A DNA stretch of 63,538 bases, filler included, from Pelomyxa schiedti (lineage: Eukaryota; Protista; Evosea): assembly GCA_020536535.1 (NCBI GenBank). It is 14 parts of 14 records of this genome, joined end to end, with 100 filler letters (N's around TTAATTAATTAA, not from the genome) between each part and the next. Parts side by side here need not be neighbours in the genome. Positions count along the whole stretch, not along the records: positions 23,115 to 42,749 come from JAHLWZ010001103.1; 13 more parts are not named here. The stretch is one strand, 5' to 3'. The translations under genes were made by a program, and so were the position numbers. Shown one piece after another: positions 23,650 through 37,500 of this stretch (positions are counted from its first letter, which is position 1; each line of letters begins with the position of its first letter). The notes beneath the pieces are model-generated. The model made no database searches and was not told where the DNA came from. It saw nothing but the letters and a program-made list of their open reading frames with translations.

Positions 23650-26231
23650 TGTCGGACGAACCGCGCGTCATGTTTGTACCGTGCTTTTGGCATTCCCGAA
23701 AACGCGACACCAATAGAGATCTACGAGTTCCTCTATCCCCACGCGTACGTTTTATTGTGGTACTCGGTTTTTTTTTTTTTGTTGTTGCACTTCTCGAAAA
23801 TCTCCTATCTTCCTTACGACGAGTAGAAGTGCAACCCACATGCCACTCTACAATTTTTGTTTCTTGTGAAGTAGAAATCAATACAAATCTTTTCTCTTGT
23901 GTGATTTGTTTACACACAATTAGAGCGACTGTGGTTACTGTTGGGCAGCGGGAACGAGTCATCTATGTCACTTTCTGCACACAGGAAGAGGCCGATGATG
24001 CTAAAAATGCCACGCTGAGGCGCGAACTTGTTTTCAAAGGCGCCGCAATTTGGCTCGTCACGCCCGCCTCCGAATTCGTCTGGAGCAAGAAAAAAATCGA
24101 CGTCATGCCCCACCCGTGGTACTTCGTGATGCAGCCAAATGTTTACAGGGTGTTCATGGTGCCATATTACGCGAAGGCTGAGCACGTCGCCGAGCACTGG
24201 CGCTACTATAAATTCCCAGTGTATGCGTTGACTGTTCCTTCCTATCTATTCTACGAATAACTGACATTCTGCCTTTGTTCTTTTTTTCTCTCTACAGTGT
24301 TGACTGTAAAAGATTTTGTGGGCACTGGTATGTCAAGTTCTTGTCCAATACTGAGGAACCGCCTGGTTCCACCAAGTGGTATGCCAACAACAAAACTGTC
24401 TACACGGCTCCGGCATGCCCCTTGTATTCATTTCTGACACTATCCTTCTATTCACCTCATCCTTTGAGTGATGGTAATTCTTCATTCTCATTTTATCATT
24501 ACTAACTTGCTTCAACCTGTAATCACAGAACCCCTTGCATGTGATTCGCCAATTGACACCCCAGATTCCCCATACCCTCCCCAACAACCAGAACTACCTG
24601 TCACATGTGAAGATACAGAGGGCAAACGTGGAGCTCCCCAATTGTTTAATCTTTACAGCTTATGTTTCTCTTTTAGTTGCAGGGAAAAAACGGTAAAGGG
24701 AAGAAGCTTCAATAAATGTACAAGAGGTAACACAAGGTTTGTTTTACACCCACTTCTCTATGGTTTTCGAGCGTAATTGGCATAAATAGCTCCTTTCAGA
24801 GGACCTGATCAATTGGGGTCACCTATGACTTACACAGAACAACAAGGTGCAACAGATTCTTGTCTTTTCTCTGCTGTAACATTTCTCTTTAAGTTCCACA
24901 AACCGCGAGACCAGCACGAGTTTCTGCCAGCGGACCAGATACCCAACACTCTTCAAGTAAGCCCACTTCTCAATGATGATTTTCTGACTAGTTTGTGATA
25001 AGTTGCTCCACCTGACCCGATTTACTTCCCATGTGTGCCTCCCAACACTTTCCTCTTTTGAGCAGTAACACAAATCCCTGCAGTTAAAAGTAATCTCATG
25101 GGAAACTGGGAGCTCTTATTTTCTCCTCTCAGAGATAGCACTCACATCGCTTATCTCTACACCAGCCACAAGAAATTTATCACAGAGGCCACCGATCTCC
25201 TCAAGAAGCGATCCTTGCTGAACGAAGTTGCAGTAACAAGGAACGTTTCATCGATAAACATTGTTGGGGATTTGCATGGAAGCTGGGACTGCCTAAAAAA
25301 GTATGTTTCCATCTAGATGGATTGCCTCTCTCTGCCCTTTTTTCCAATTTCTTAAGAGCCATTGCTATCGGAGGAGAACCATCTGATTCCAATTTATGGA
25401 TTTTCAATGGTACTGTTACAATACGGACTATTTTTTTTGTTACACCTGTGTACAGGCGACTATGTTGACAGAGGTGCCTTTGGGGTTGATATCTTGGCTG
25501 CCTTGTGCCTTCTTGTGACCGCATACCCACGAAGTGTGTACCTGAACCGCGGCAATCATGAGTGCCCCAGGATCAGTTCTCATGGCCAAAACAATCATTA
25601 TCAGTGCCTGGAAGAGGTGTATGGCAGTAATGGCATGAGGTTGTGGGAGGCATGTGCTGAACTGTACAAGCACCTCCCCCTGGCCACTCTGGTCAATTTT
25701 CCCGAGGACCCAGAAATGAAGGGTTGGTTTGTGTGTCACGGTGGAATAGGCAGTTATGTGACATTGGAATCCATCAGGCAGTCAGAGCGATGTGATTGCA
25801 CAAGTGTGCCACTTACTTTCTTGTGGTGCCAACTCACTCACAAGTCTCCAGATGCAACCCCTCTGTTGAAGGACTTGCTGTGGACTGACCCTTCTGAAGT
25901 GAATGGCATGCAGCCCTCATTAACACGCCGCGGTTTGGAAACCTGGGGTCCTGATGTAACTGAAGCCTTCATTGCTGCAAATAACTTGAGATGGATAATA
26001 CGAAGTCACGACCACAGCAGGGGAGGCTGGGCCACGACGCACAATGGCAATGTTGTTACTGTATTCTCCACTGCGGAACAGGTTGCCAACCCTGTGTTCT
26101 TCAGGATGGAATTGCCCTCGCAAAAGTATGGGCCTGTGCCTCTGGAGGGTGTACAACCAACAGTAAACAAGCTTGCAAGTTTCTACACATCAAAACAAAA
26201 CACAACCACTGCAGCCCCTCCACAATCCTAA
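23650..26231 (+). CDS. PPP-family Ser/Thr phosphatase (multi-exon) with an RRM-like N-terminal region
   Basis: Motifs GDLHG, GDYVDRG, NRGNHE, CHGG, LWTDP, IRSHD and TVFS. Linkage of the upstream exons (23650..25050) to the catalytic exons is inferred from same-strand GT-AG introns. Confidence 0.8.
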
Positions 26232-26541
26232 GAATACCCAAAGAATACCCACGGCAACCAGCCAGTACCCACCCAACAACCCTGTTGTGCAATAACAAAT
26301 AAGTCCTTTTTACTGTGTTGCCTGGGAGGCAAACCAGCATTCTCCTAAGTCGCCTTGTTGTTTTTCTTTGTTATTTCAAAATGAAAGATACAAAACTTGG
26401 TATCTTTCAGGCACTATGTGTCGGGGTACATCCACAAATAGACGACAACCAAGCCGTTTGCATACGGTGATAGCCTATCAGTGGTGTGAGTCGTTTGCAT
26501 GACCAAAAAGGAGCGGACCTTATTGAAGGTGATGCTGAGCA

Positions 26542-26996
26542 TTATGACCTGCCCGGGGGTGCCTTCACACCGGCCGATAGTGCGAGCTTCTTGAACTCAC
26601 CCAGTGACAAAACTCCATCGTGGTTTGTATCACACTGTTCAAACAGCAGCCTGGACTTGTCATCGGTCATATTTATCCTGCATTCTTTCCCAACATCCTA
26701 CGGCAGTTCGTAGTTAAGAAATGAGTAATAAGGTGTGACACATAAAGCAACGAACGATGCCCCAACACACACACACAGGCACACAACAACAAAACTGTTG
26801 TTACAACTACACACACACATACAGCGAGGAAGTGCTTGGCCTCGTTCCACTCGAGTGTGCCGTTGTGATTTACATCGTACTTTGTGAACAGCACCTGGAC
26901 TCTCTCGAAGAAGAACCCCACGCCCATGCAGTTGATCGCCGCCACGTCATTGTGCAACTCCCTCCGTGCCTCACTGTATGCTGCAACGTTCCCCAT
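26542..26996 (-). CDS. Small two-EF-hand Ca2+-binding protein, possible N-myristoylation (about 109 aa)
   Basis: Exons 26823..26996 and 26542..26697. EF loops DVNHNGTLEWNE and DTNHDGVLSLGE. The protein starts MGN. Confidence 0.88.
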
Positions 26997-27136
26997 TGTG
27001 TGTGTTGATGTGTATTGAATGGGTTGGGTTCTTTTTGTTCTTATTGGATGGATGGATGGTGTAACACTGTTGCTTTTGATTGTGTTTATGCGATTTTTCT
27101 CAGGGGTTGGTTTCTGGTAAGTTGTGGGTGGGGGTG

Positions 27137-30100
27137 TCAATTGAGTTGTTTGTTGCCGAGAGGTTGGGGTGCTGTTGTTGTTGCTGTAGTTGTGGGGGGT
27201 TGTTGCGATGGAGTTGTGGGTTGTTGGGGAGTGTGATCGGCGTCGTCTTGGAATGGTGTTGCGGTGCTGTAAAAGGTTATCAGGCTGTTGAGGAATGTGA
27301 TGAACTTGTGGAGTGTTGGTGGGAGTTCCGGCATTTCCGGGGTTATCAGAGACAGCGTCTGGTTGACGTGGTCAACCGTCAATTGAAGGTATTGCAGCCT
27401 GCGTTTGTTACTGGTAAGAAAACGGGAAAGACGCGGTCGCGGGGCATACCACACAGAAAATGGCTCGGTGGTCAGGAGCTCCTGCAATTTTTCTGGGTTA
27501 TTTGCGTTTGCTTTCAGCGACTCCGAAATATGCTTGGAACCGATGCGGAGTAATTGCTCGACGAGAACCAATTCCTAAAAAGATAATCACCATAAAAAAG
27601 CTAAGAAGTGTGTGACCATGGCTGGTAAAATAGCTGCCCACTGAGAGATTGTGCAATGAGTTTGCAAGAATATATAAACCGCTGCCACAGCTTGTTCACA
27701 GGTCACCTGCTTCGTTAATACATGAAAAACATCTTCACAGAGTGTTGCCCTTTCCGGAAACTGGAAGCTGTGAGAATGCGGTAGATTAAAATTTATACTA
27801 CCTCCTGGGTGAGGCTGCAAAACAAGTGCAAGTTGCGAATGTACACAGTGGCCAGTGCAAATTGGTATTGTGGCTGGAGCACTTTGAGACTTCTCTTGAA
27901 AAGACGAGCTCCTTTCCCAATGCATACCATGTCAAAGAGTGTGTCTTTACCACTGAAAATGGCAATTAGTAAAAAATTGGACTCCGGGATAGTGCTACTT
28001 GGAATTAGACGCTAAAACTCCAAAGAGAGTCGCTCCAATTTCAGCGTTTTTCCTTTCTAGTTTGGCATGCTTTGTGGTTTCATCCCTACGCGCATTAGAG
28101 CCCTGTCTGTCAGCATACTGGTACACACAAGTCATCATGGTCGTATGGAAGAAGCTTCAGACGTGCAATGTCTTCGAGGTCTAGCAAGTGATTGTAGGCG
28201 TTTTCAATTTGTAAAAGCAGTGAATGCTTGGAAGAGGAAGCCATTGAACCCTGGAATATTTGGAGTTGGAAAATGTTCTAATGGCATTTTAACGTAAACA
28301 CCATTCTCTCGACAATCTCATCTTAGGAAAGTCAGTCAGTTTTAAAGGAAATCAGCCATACAATTCTTATAAAGTTGCAGCATCAACCTTGGGGCTTTGG
28401 AGATTGGTTCCAATTTTCCGAGAGTACCTTTAGATAATTAGCATCTGGGGAAAAAGGGAGGTAATACCTGAAGGAATTCGCACGGGAGGAGAGGGAATAC
28501 AGTCAAAAAGTGGCCTGTGGCTATAATACGAGACAACACTATCGGGAGTTTCATTTTTTGTTTCTGTATTGCTGTGACAAGAAATAGAGACTACTGGGGC
28601 ATACCAATTTCTCGACATATTCTGTAGTACTCCTCAAGGAAGGGATAAAAAGGAAGAACTGTTGTACAAAGTTGAACGCTGAGATTTGATAATATTCCTG
28701 ATAACTCCTCCGCAGACATGAACTTGTGAGTAATGCGATAATAAACCATGTCCCCAATTGAGTGAGGTGATGGTGGAGGGGGGACTGACATTCTCCAATT
28801 TGGTTGGACCATAACCTGGCGTTGATGCAAAGGTGTTCCCCGGCCAGGTGGTGTTCCTCTGCGAAGATATTACGAGAGAATAAATAACCAAAAACTCAAC
28901 CTTTCAAAGCGCACAGGGACAGATTTACCTGGGGATTGAGCGGACTGCTGTGCAGAAGTCTTTTGTTGCTCACGAGAATGGCTCATTTCTGGATTCTTCA
29001 AGATAGTTTTTACTGCCACATGCTCCTTGTCGGGGCTCCCAAGTAAGGTACGAGCAGGAGAGGCAGAAGTGTTGTAATCTGCCTCAACTTTTCCTTCAAG
29101 GGTTTCCACTTGTTCGTGTTGTTGATGCTGCAATTGGTCAGATAATGAACCTGCATTTTCTGAGAGGGCTGTGGGGACATGGTTTGACTGAGCTTCTGGA
29201 TCCTGAGTTTGTTCTAGATCTTGCAGTGTTTGTACAAAAAATTTTTGTGGGCCTGTAAGTAGGGAATTGAGATGCTGCTGCTGTAACTGCTGAAGAAGCA
29301 TTTGCATCTGTATACTCGAATGCAGGGGCGGTTGTGGCTGCACAGGTGGTGTTGCCTTAGTAAAATCGGATTCCAAGTCTTCAACAGACACCATGGCAAT
29401 AGGAAATGATGTTTGTTGAAGAGACTCAGGAGTAGAACGTGCCTGTAACACCTCGTGAGCATTCCTGATTGAGAGTCAGAAGACTACAACAACATATGTT
29501 GCACATACAAAGTGTCTCTAGGAATTGGTCTCTTCATATCTAACCATCAAATTAAAAAAAAAGGGATAACTTGATAAAATTTTACCAGGAGGCGATCCCC
29601 AGGTTCTGGCTTCTCCCCACAGTGATGAATTCCAAGGAATTTGAGGTCTTTCTTGTGGAGGTGCAGTGGCCATGTTAGGAAACATGGTTAAAGGCTTCTG
29701 CCATTTTGCATCATTTTGTGCTTGCAGGGTTGTTTGGGAGTGTGTATCTGTTGTTGAAAAACTGTTACTAACAGAAGATTCATGGAACAGTACCATATTG
29801 GGGTACTCCAAAGAGAACTCTGTCTCCTTCCACCAGTTTACTTGCTGTGTAGTCAGGTTTCCAGTCGTTACCTTGAGCTCTTAGAAAAGCAGGGAATTAT
29901 GTCTTACTCTCAATTTACCAATAACAATTTCTGATCCAAATGTTTCAGAATTCACCTGATCATCATCTGCATTAGGTTGTTCGTTCAAGTCATCACAAGC
30001 TTCTTCAGCGAATCCAGAATCACTTTCGGCAGCAAACTCACTTGTGCTTGGCAAGAAATTGAATTGGCCGTTGGTTTGATAAGGATAAGCAATATCACCT

Positions 30101-30873
30101 GTACGGTACAGGTAAGTTGCAATCTCGCAGGGTGCCAACTACACACACACATACACAGACACTACAATACACACACACACACACACACACCAGTTGCTAT
30201 GCGCTGGACCATGTCGGACTCCTCACCGTAGTACTCCTCCTCCTGGTCCCCCTCGTCGCCCACAATAGTAACCTGCTCCTCCGTGTCGTCGCTATCCCCG
30301 CCACCATCCTCCTCGCCCCCGCCCCCTCCCCCTCCCCCGCCCCCGCCGTAATTGAGCCGATACTGCCACCCCCCCCCGCCTAGCACTGCTGCCCCCGCCC
30401 CCTCCCCTCCGTCCCCGCCTCCTTCCCCCGCCTCTGCCTCGCCCTGTGTCAAGTCGTACTGGTCCGTAGTCCCGTCGGAGCCACTAGATGATGTCGATGT
30501 GGTTGTTGACGGCGGCTGTTGCGGCGGTGCATGTGCCTGCGTGAGAGTGAGTGTGCGTCGGGTTCGGTGTAATATATTACTTAGAACTATTCCATTAAAC
30601 GACAACGACAATGGCGTTACAAAGACGCACCCCTGATGACATTCCCTTTCTTTTGTTGAATGGATTGGGATCTTTCCTGGTGAATGAGATTCTCTCTGTA
30701 GAGAACTCTCTTCCTGCAAATGCGGAGGGGATCAGAGGAGGAGGCTGGGAGCAGGATGCGTGAGCTCTCTGATCAAATATCGGTTCGGAATTGGAACGTC
30801 GGTTTATTTGTACAAATTGATTTGGGGTGGTAGACGGGCATAGAACGATGTCATCTAAAAGTGCGTTGTGCAT
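27137..30873 (-). CDS. Multi-exon hypothetical protein (low-complexity N-terminal half, globular C-terminal half)
   Basis: A chain of minus-strand ORFs separated by GT-AG introns. No family recognised. Confidence 0.5.
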
Positions 30874-30946
30874 GCTCCTCCACGAACAATTAATAAATAT
30901 GAACTAAGAGGGGAGAGATCTTTGTGCGTGACACTGACGGCGATCT

Positions 30947-32515
30947 ATGTCAATAAAAGAGGGAGGATGGAAGGCAGCCGCTCCACGCAAAGAGAAGTAC
31001 GCACACATTTTTGTTAAAGTTCATTTTCCGTCGCCGACGTGGTGCTCTTTCTGCGGCGCTTTCATCTGGGGTATTCATTTTGTCTCGTTTGTTAGGTTTG
31101 TAAATTTTTTCGTGCAGGTCTTGGCAAACAGGGATTTTGTTGTACACGTATGTTGGTACCATTCTTGCTGAAATTCTTATATCTCTAGAATGTAGATATC
31201 CGGCACACAAGTATTGCATGCCAAAAGTACCGAATAATTGCGAACCTTCTAAAAAGCCTCCAAAGTTTTCAGAGTATTCCAGAACAGAGTACGCTATCAA
31301 CCTTGTTTGCGCATTCACTAAATATTCTTGAAGGAAGGAATTATCTCCAGAAGAGATCGAAAGGCAAGAAAAAGTACGTAAATTTCTTGCAGCAAAGGTG
31401 TGTGCAGGAGGTACTGTTGTAGATGAATCCCAACTCCTTGCTGACTCGAGAAGGCTTGCTTATTAATCTATCTTTCCCCCATAACATTCTTTCAGGGAAG
31501 AAGAAGCGAGACTCCATCAAAGTCAAATAAAGAGGTCAAATGAACTCCGGAGGAGTATGGCTCAGAAGCCGACCAAGAGAATGGGTGAGTTGTGGCTGGA
31601 ACAACAAAGGCAACAACAGGAGGTATTGCTCAAATCCGGAGCACGTACTCACAGGTTTCCAGGCACAGAGTAGAGCCACGGCAGTAACCAAAGCAGCTCC
31701 ACCTCCCACGCATCAACAACGAAATAAGCTGCAAGACAGTTGGAAGACCAACGTTGAATCTTCAGCTGTAAGTCTGGTTACCCTAAAGCTCTCTCACAAA
31801 TGGGCAGCCAAAAGATACCAAGCCAAAAAGAGATGATGTTGTTGTGGCGAAATTATCCGAGGAAGAAAGGGCAGCCAAACGCCAACAGGTAAAGACACCC
31901 AGTCGAATTCCCTAACTTGAAAGCAGGTTGCAGCCATGGTTATGAAGGGAGGAATGGGTCCAAGACCAAGGCCAACACCCACAACCACAGAAAGCCAAGA
32001 GCCCACGGGCGATAACCCGGAACCTGATGCCACTGATGAGCCCCCGGCCTCAACCACATCACCAACAACTACACCCTCGCCACCACCCTCGCGGTCTTCC
32101 TCTTCACCGCCGCCGCCAATTCCTCCACGCTCCACATCCAGCACCACTCTCACCACCCCTGCGACAGAGGAGTCCGCACAAAGTACAAGCTCCTCAGCCA
32201 TTGCTACGACGACTTCAACATCAAGCACAAGCACAAGCACAAGCACAAGCACAAGCACAACCGCAACCACGTCAACAGCCTCCTCTTCCCTTTCCACAGA
32301 AATTACTGTATCGGAAAGTGATGCTATTGCAGAAGCAGAAGAGCTTGCTTTTGACCAATCTTTGACGCACGAGACCGACATAGGAATTAAAATTTCCACA
32401 AAGCCAAGGCTAGAACATGTATGTGTACCACTTGTTTTAATGCACCGATTTCACCTTCCCATAGTTTACCCGAACCGCCGGACCAAGAGGACGACGGCCT
32501 CCCCAAAGGCACTGA
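30947..32515 (+). CDS. C1 (PKC-type) zinc-finger protein with a Pro/Ser/Thr-rich tail and a C-terminal CPI-like motif
   Basis: Spliced HIFVKVHFPSPTWCSFCGAFIWG-LGKQGFCC-CRYPAHKYC..VPNNC. The last intron (32419..32464) gives LEHFTRTAGPRGRRPPQRH*. Confidence 0.8.
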
Positions 32516-32659
32516 CACCCACCACAAACTCAACAAAGTAACTGTGATTTACAATGTACGTGAAGAACAGTTGTCAAAAAGCAAAAGAATGTATCAAGAG
32601 AACAAAACAGTCTTTTTTTTTTTAATTTATGAGTAGAGGAGATAAGTCAGCCTTCCCTA

Positions 32660-34287
32660 TCAGGAGCCAAGAGAGTACTTGATTTGGTCTGTGCTGATTG
32701 GGGGTGCAATGAGAACAGCGGAAGGAAGCCTCTGCGTCACAACGTCAACTACCTCGGGCCACTGCATGGGAGCCCTCTTCTTGATGCCCTTGGCTAGGTC
32801 CTCGGCCTCTTTCTTCTTCTTTGCTTCCTCCTTCTGCTTCCTGGCTTCCTCCCTCTTGGCTTTCGCGGCTTCATGCTTCCTCTTCTTCTCCTCTCGCTTC
32901 ACTTTATTGGCCTCTTTCTTGATTGCTTTGCTGCCTTCAGACATGTTGCCGTCACTGTCGGAATCAGAACTGTCGTCGGAATCGGAGTCGGGTTCCGGCT
33001 CAGACTCGGATTCTTGAGCGTCTGGTACAAAGTCCACATGTAGAACCCAATGGCATTCAGGGTGCTCCACGAGTTGGTCTTTTTTACCCTTCTGCAGCTT
33101 GACGGTCGTTTTCAGTCCGCCTTCACCTCCAAGAACGAACTTCTCCGATTCTTTAGAGTGGTCGTCGTCTTCTTCTTCTTCAACTTCAGCATCTTCGCCA
33201 GCCTCTTTTTCACCCTTCCATTTAAAGCCAAAAGCAGTGCTTACTTGCTTTGCTAGAACCTTAAAATCGGTTTCTTTCGGTTCGCGGATTCCAAAGAGAA
33301 TTTCATCTTCTTGAAGGTATTCTGTTGAGAAAAAGAAAATAATGAAATTAGGATGGCTAGGGAAAAAAAATTGGTGTTACCTAAGTGGGTCAGGAAGGAC
33401 TGGAAGTCAGGAGCCAATCTGTGTACCTGGGGAGGATAAATAGAAATTCTATTTGAAAGACCGAATTACCTCAAAGTCCCCAGCAGTATCAACGTCAGGC
33501 TTGACCTCCTCATACTCAATTTGAGAAAGAGCCACAGCCGCCGGGTTGTGTGGATCGGCGCGATAATCTGCAGTAATTCAGAAAGTAAGTCACCCAGGGG
33601 CCAAACACACCTAAAGCGAGCCATTCATGGCCATCGCCGCATAGAAGCAAGAAGTCCTTTGTGATTCCCCACTCCTCATATGCATCCTTGCTCAAGTTAG
33701 AGTAGGAGAAGGGAGTTAGGGCGTACCTTATTATCAAGCAACGAGTTAGACGAGGCTTCCTCCTCCGACTCATCATCATCATCGCTATCCTCATCACTAG
33801 ACCTCTTTGACTTCTTCTTTTTTGTGCTTTTGTCAACGCCAACTCCAAGGATTTCACCCACAGAAGCATAAGCCTCCTCGCCAGGAGGAATAGGAGCAGC
33901 AGCACTGGAAGAAGTAGTAGTACTAGACGCCGCCGCTGTTGTAGTAGTTGTATTTGACTCAATAAAAGCAGAAAGAGGAAGGATCTTTTCAGCGCGCTCG
34001 CCGGGAACTCTTATATACTTCTTTCGCAGCGAGCAGCCGTTGTGAACCCTAAGGAGCGCGAGATACGGCTCGGGAAGAACCAAGCCAAGCTCCTTGTGCA
34101 CGAGCTCGGCCCTCTTGCGCAACTCGTCGCCGTCGATCGGCGCTCGGTTTTCGTCTTTGTCAGGGGAGAAGATCTCGCGCGGGGGGGAGAAAACAGGGAC
34201 GGCCACAGCGGCAGGAGTACTGGTTGAGTGCGCGGATGCAGATGCGGTCGTTTTGTCCTTGACCACTTTACGCTTCTTTGTCGACAT
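32660..34287 (-). CDS. SMI1/KNR4 (SUKH superfamily) domain protein with charged tail (multi-exon)
   Basis: ELGLVLPEPYLALLRVHNG ... YEEWGI..DFLLLCGDGHEWLALDYR ... RLAPDFQSFL, assembled over at least 4 short introns. Confidence 0.82.
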
Positions 34288-34524
34288 TCCGGTGACACGG
34301 CTCCTCGGCAACAACCAACAAAGTTTGATGATGTCTTTTTGTTTTTGAAAATCAACCGGAGATACAAGATTTCTGAAACCCACTCTCAAGAACAACATTG
34401 TTTGAAGAAAGGCCATGCAGGCAAGTGATGCCTTAATCCCACATCACGAGTTGTACTTAACTTCAAGCGGAGTTGAGCTTCGTTCGAAGAACTTCGCAGA
34501 AGCGGGTTCCACACAACAAAACCA

Positions 34525-37500
34525 ATGTCACAGCAGCAGCCGGCGCAACTCCCTCCACGCCGGCGAGCCCCCTCTCCCCAGCCATCCAAGCAGCCGCAGC
34601 CCGCCGACCCAAAACAACAGCAGCCCGCCCCCCCTTCGTCGTCTTCCCCATCCCCATCCCCATCCCCTGCCTCTTCTTCCACCACCGGGGTGGCGCCGCC
34701 GGCTCCCCCGCCGCCGCCCATGCGCCACGCGCCGGTCCCCGCGCCCGCGGCCGCGGCCTCGACTCCCCCCTCGCTGCGCAGCGGTGCGGTCTCGCCTACC
34801 CAGCAGCAGCAGCCGGGGCAGGGGCAGCCCCGCCTCATCATCACCAAGCCCCCCGCCTGCCTGATCTCCTCACTACAGCAACTGCAACTGGGACCGCCGC
34901 AACCACAGCCGCAACAACAACAACAACACCAACAAAGCACCACTACCGCAACGACGACCGCGTTACGCGAATCCCCGGGCGCCGGTTCGTTAAATGAACC
35001 GTTGTCACCGCCCTCGCTATCGACAACGAATTCCTATTCATCTTCGTCGTCATCTTCATCATCAACCACAACAACTGCAAATAATACACTCACGCCTACA
35101 ACTACAAATTCTACTACTACTAACACTCCGACTACTAACTGTACTAGTACTTCTACTGCCAACTCTCACCCTCCTTCTCCCTCTTCGTCACCATTGACAC
35201 TATCCTCCAGTGGTGGTAGTGGTGGTGTTGAGACCGAGGAAAAGCAAGGGTCTACAGTCCACCATGAAGGGGACAAGGAACCTTCTTCTGTAGTGGATGA
35301 CGACATTATGTTGATTGCTCCACTGGCCCCGGATGACGAGGCTCCTAGTGTTCCTGATGCCCCGGACGAGGAAGCACCCTCTCCGTCTCTGCCCGATGAC
35401 GAGGCACCGTCACTTCCACCTCAGTCCATGATACTATCACCATCGGGCTCTTTGCAGGCAGTTAATCTGTGCGATGGTGATACAGAGGAGGGAATGGACG
35501 GGGATGATTTGCCGGCCCCAGCTCCTCCTGTTCTTGCTTCACTGCACCCTAACGTGACTCCTGGGGAAAACCTCATTACGGGGAAGACTGCAGTAAATAC
35601 AAGTATTAGCTGCCGTGAAATCCCTAACAGTATATCCCCTGTTGCGGTAGGTGGGCAAGAACGGGTCAATGGGAGCCCTACATTACTCTCAAACAGTAAC
35701 TCTGAATTGAATTCCAGAACTCCCCCAACGAAGCAACCACCAAATCACACGGAGGACTCTTTTCCTAGTATTCCAGATCAAGTCATTGATCTTCCGCCTC
35801 CTTTAACACTGGCCCCTGTCCCTGCTGTGCAAGCTCCAGTTCCATCCACTCCCCCTGCACAATTGCCTCCTCCTGTGATTCCCGCTCATACACCAACTTC
35901 TCAGGCAGCAGTACAACCGCCACTCATCACTCCCGTTGCACCTTCCCCAACTCCACAACAACCTGCGGCAACAGTGGCGGCCCCGGCCGAGCAGCAAACT
36001 GTCCGCCCCTGCATCCCAACCCCGATTCTCCCAAGCATCCCAATGCCTGTCCTTCCTTGCATTCCAACACCAATTCTTCCCAAACTACCTTCTTCAGTTC
36101 CGGTGGTCCTTCCAGTAATACCTGCACCTTCCCCCACAGTACTACTGCCAACTCCAGCCCCAAAGTCCCCCCCAATGGTAGCCACATCACCCACTGCAGC
36201 ACCACCCTCTTTCATGACTCTATCAAAACCTCCTCCGCTCCTTCCCACTACATTACCCCCATCTACACTGGTGTCACCGACGATTCCTACAGTATCATTG
36301 CCCCACCCTCACCCCAATCTGCCACCCCCACCACCACCTTCTTCAGGTTGCAGCCCTACTCTACATCCTTCAGCTCCAAGCAAGGGATTACCACCTCCTT
36401 TCCTACATCCACTTGTTGCGAGATTCGGTGCTCATTTAGAACCAGAAGCCCCACCAAAATCCACCCCTCCAACAACTGAGCCAACACAAAAACCTCCAAA
36501 ACGGACACTCTTTCAGCTCTCTTCTGATGATACTGTGTGCAAATCCTCTTTGGTTTTATGTGCTACTTACTAGCTAAAACTTCCTTAGTGTGATCCACGG
36601 ATAGTTGCCTCACAGAGAATAATAAGACAATGGATTTTCCGAAGATGGATGGGTATGCACAGATGAACTGAAATTACGTCTAACGGTTTTGGGTGTGGAA
36701 AAAAGCCAACATTAAAAAAACTGGCAAACAATCTTCGTTTAGGAGATTGTTGTATAGTCAACGTGAACTAGCACACAAAATGTCAGTTCTTGCATCGTCT
36801 TACCTTATTCCTCTTGAGAGAGATGCTGGAAAGATGGTTGTTGGCACATTCTTCCTTCATTCTCTTAACACAAATAGTGGCCTGAATTGCTACCTCAACA
36901 CATTGTAACGTTATTGTCATCGGTAATGATGATTCAAGAATTGCACGCCCAGATTGTTGATGGCCTTAATAAGGTTGGAGAGTTTCTTTGATGTTGCTAA
37001 TAAATACAGATTCTTCTATCATGGCCTTGCATCAAGGGTGTTGGTGCCATTTTTTGTGATTCGGAGATTCGAGGCAAATTTAAAGTATACAGTACGCAGC
37101 CATATTTTACAGTTCCCTCCTGGCTGAGTTCCATTAGGTGTATACCTCGATTCTCTTCATATTGCAGATTCAATACAGAAATTGCAAGATAATTCTCTCC
37201 CATTTGCTGTGTGGCACAATCAGGTAACTTATTGTTAACACATTATCAAATAAACCCAAAAATATACAGCAATTTCTAACTTGTGGTTCCTTGTTTGATG
37301 AATTGGTTCACCTGCCGGAGAGTTCACTGCACAACATTCCCACGTTCCTCAAGGGATTATGTTCCGGACCGGCAGAACCTGCAATGCCAATGGGGGCTGA
37401 AACTGAAAGCCTTGATCTGGTTCAACTGAATGAAAGTGTTCAGTTTTTCCAGCAATTCTGCAAGGTTTTTTCCTTCGTTGGTTGGTTTTTGTAACTTCCG

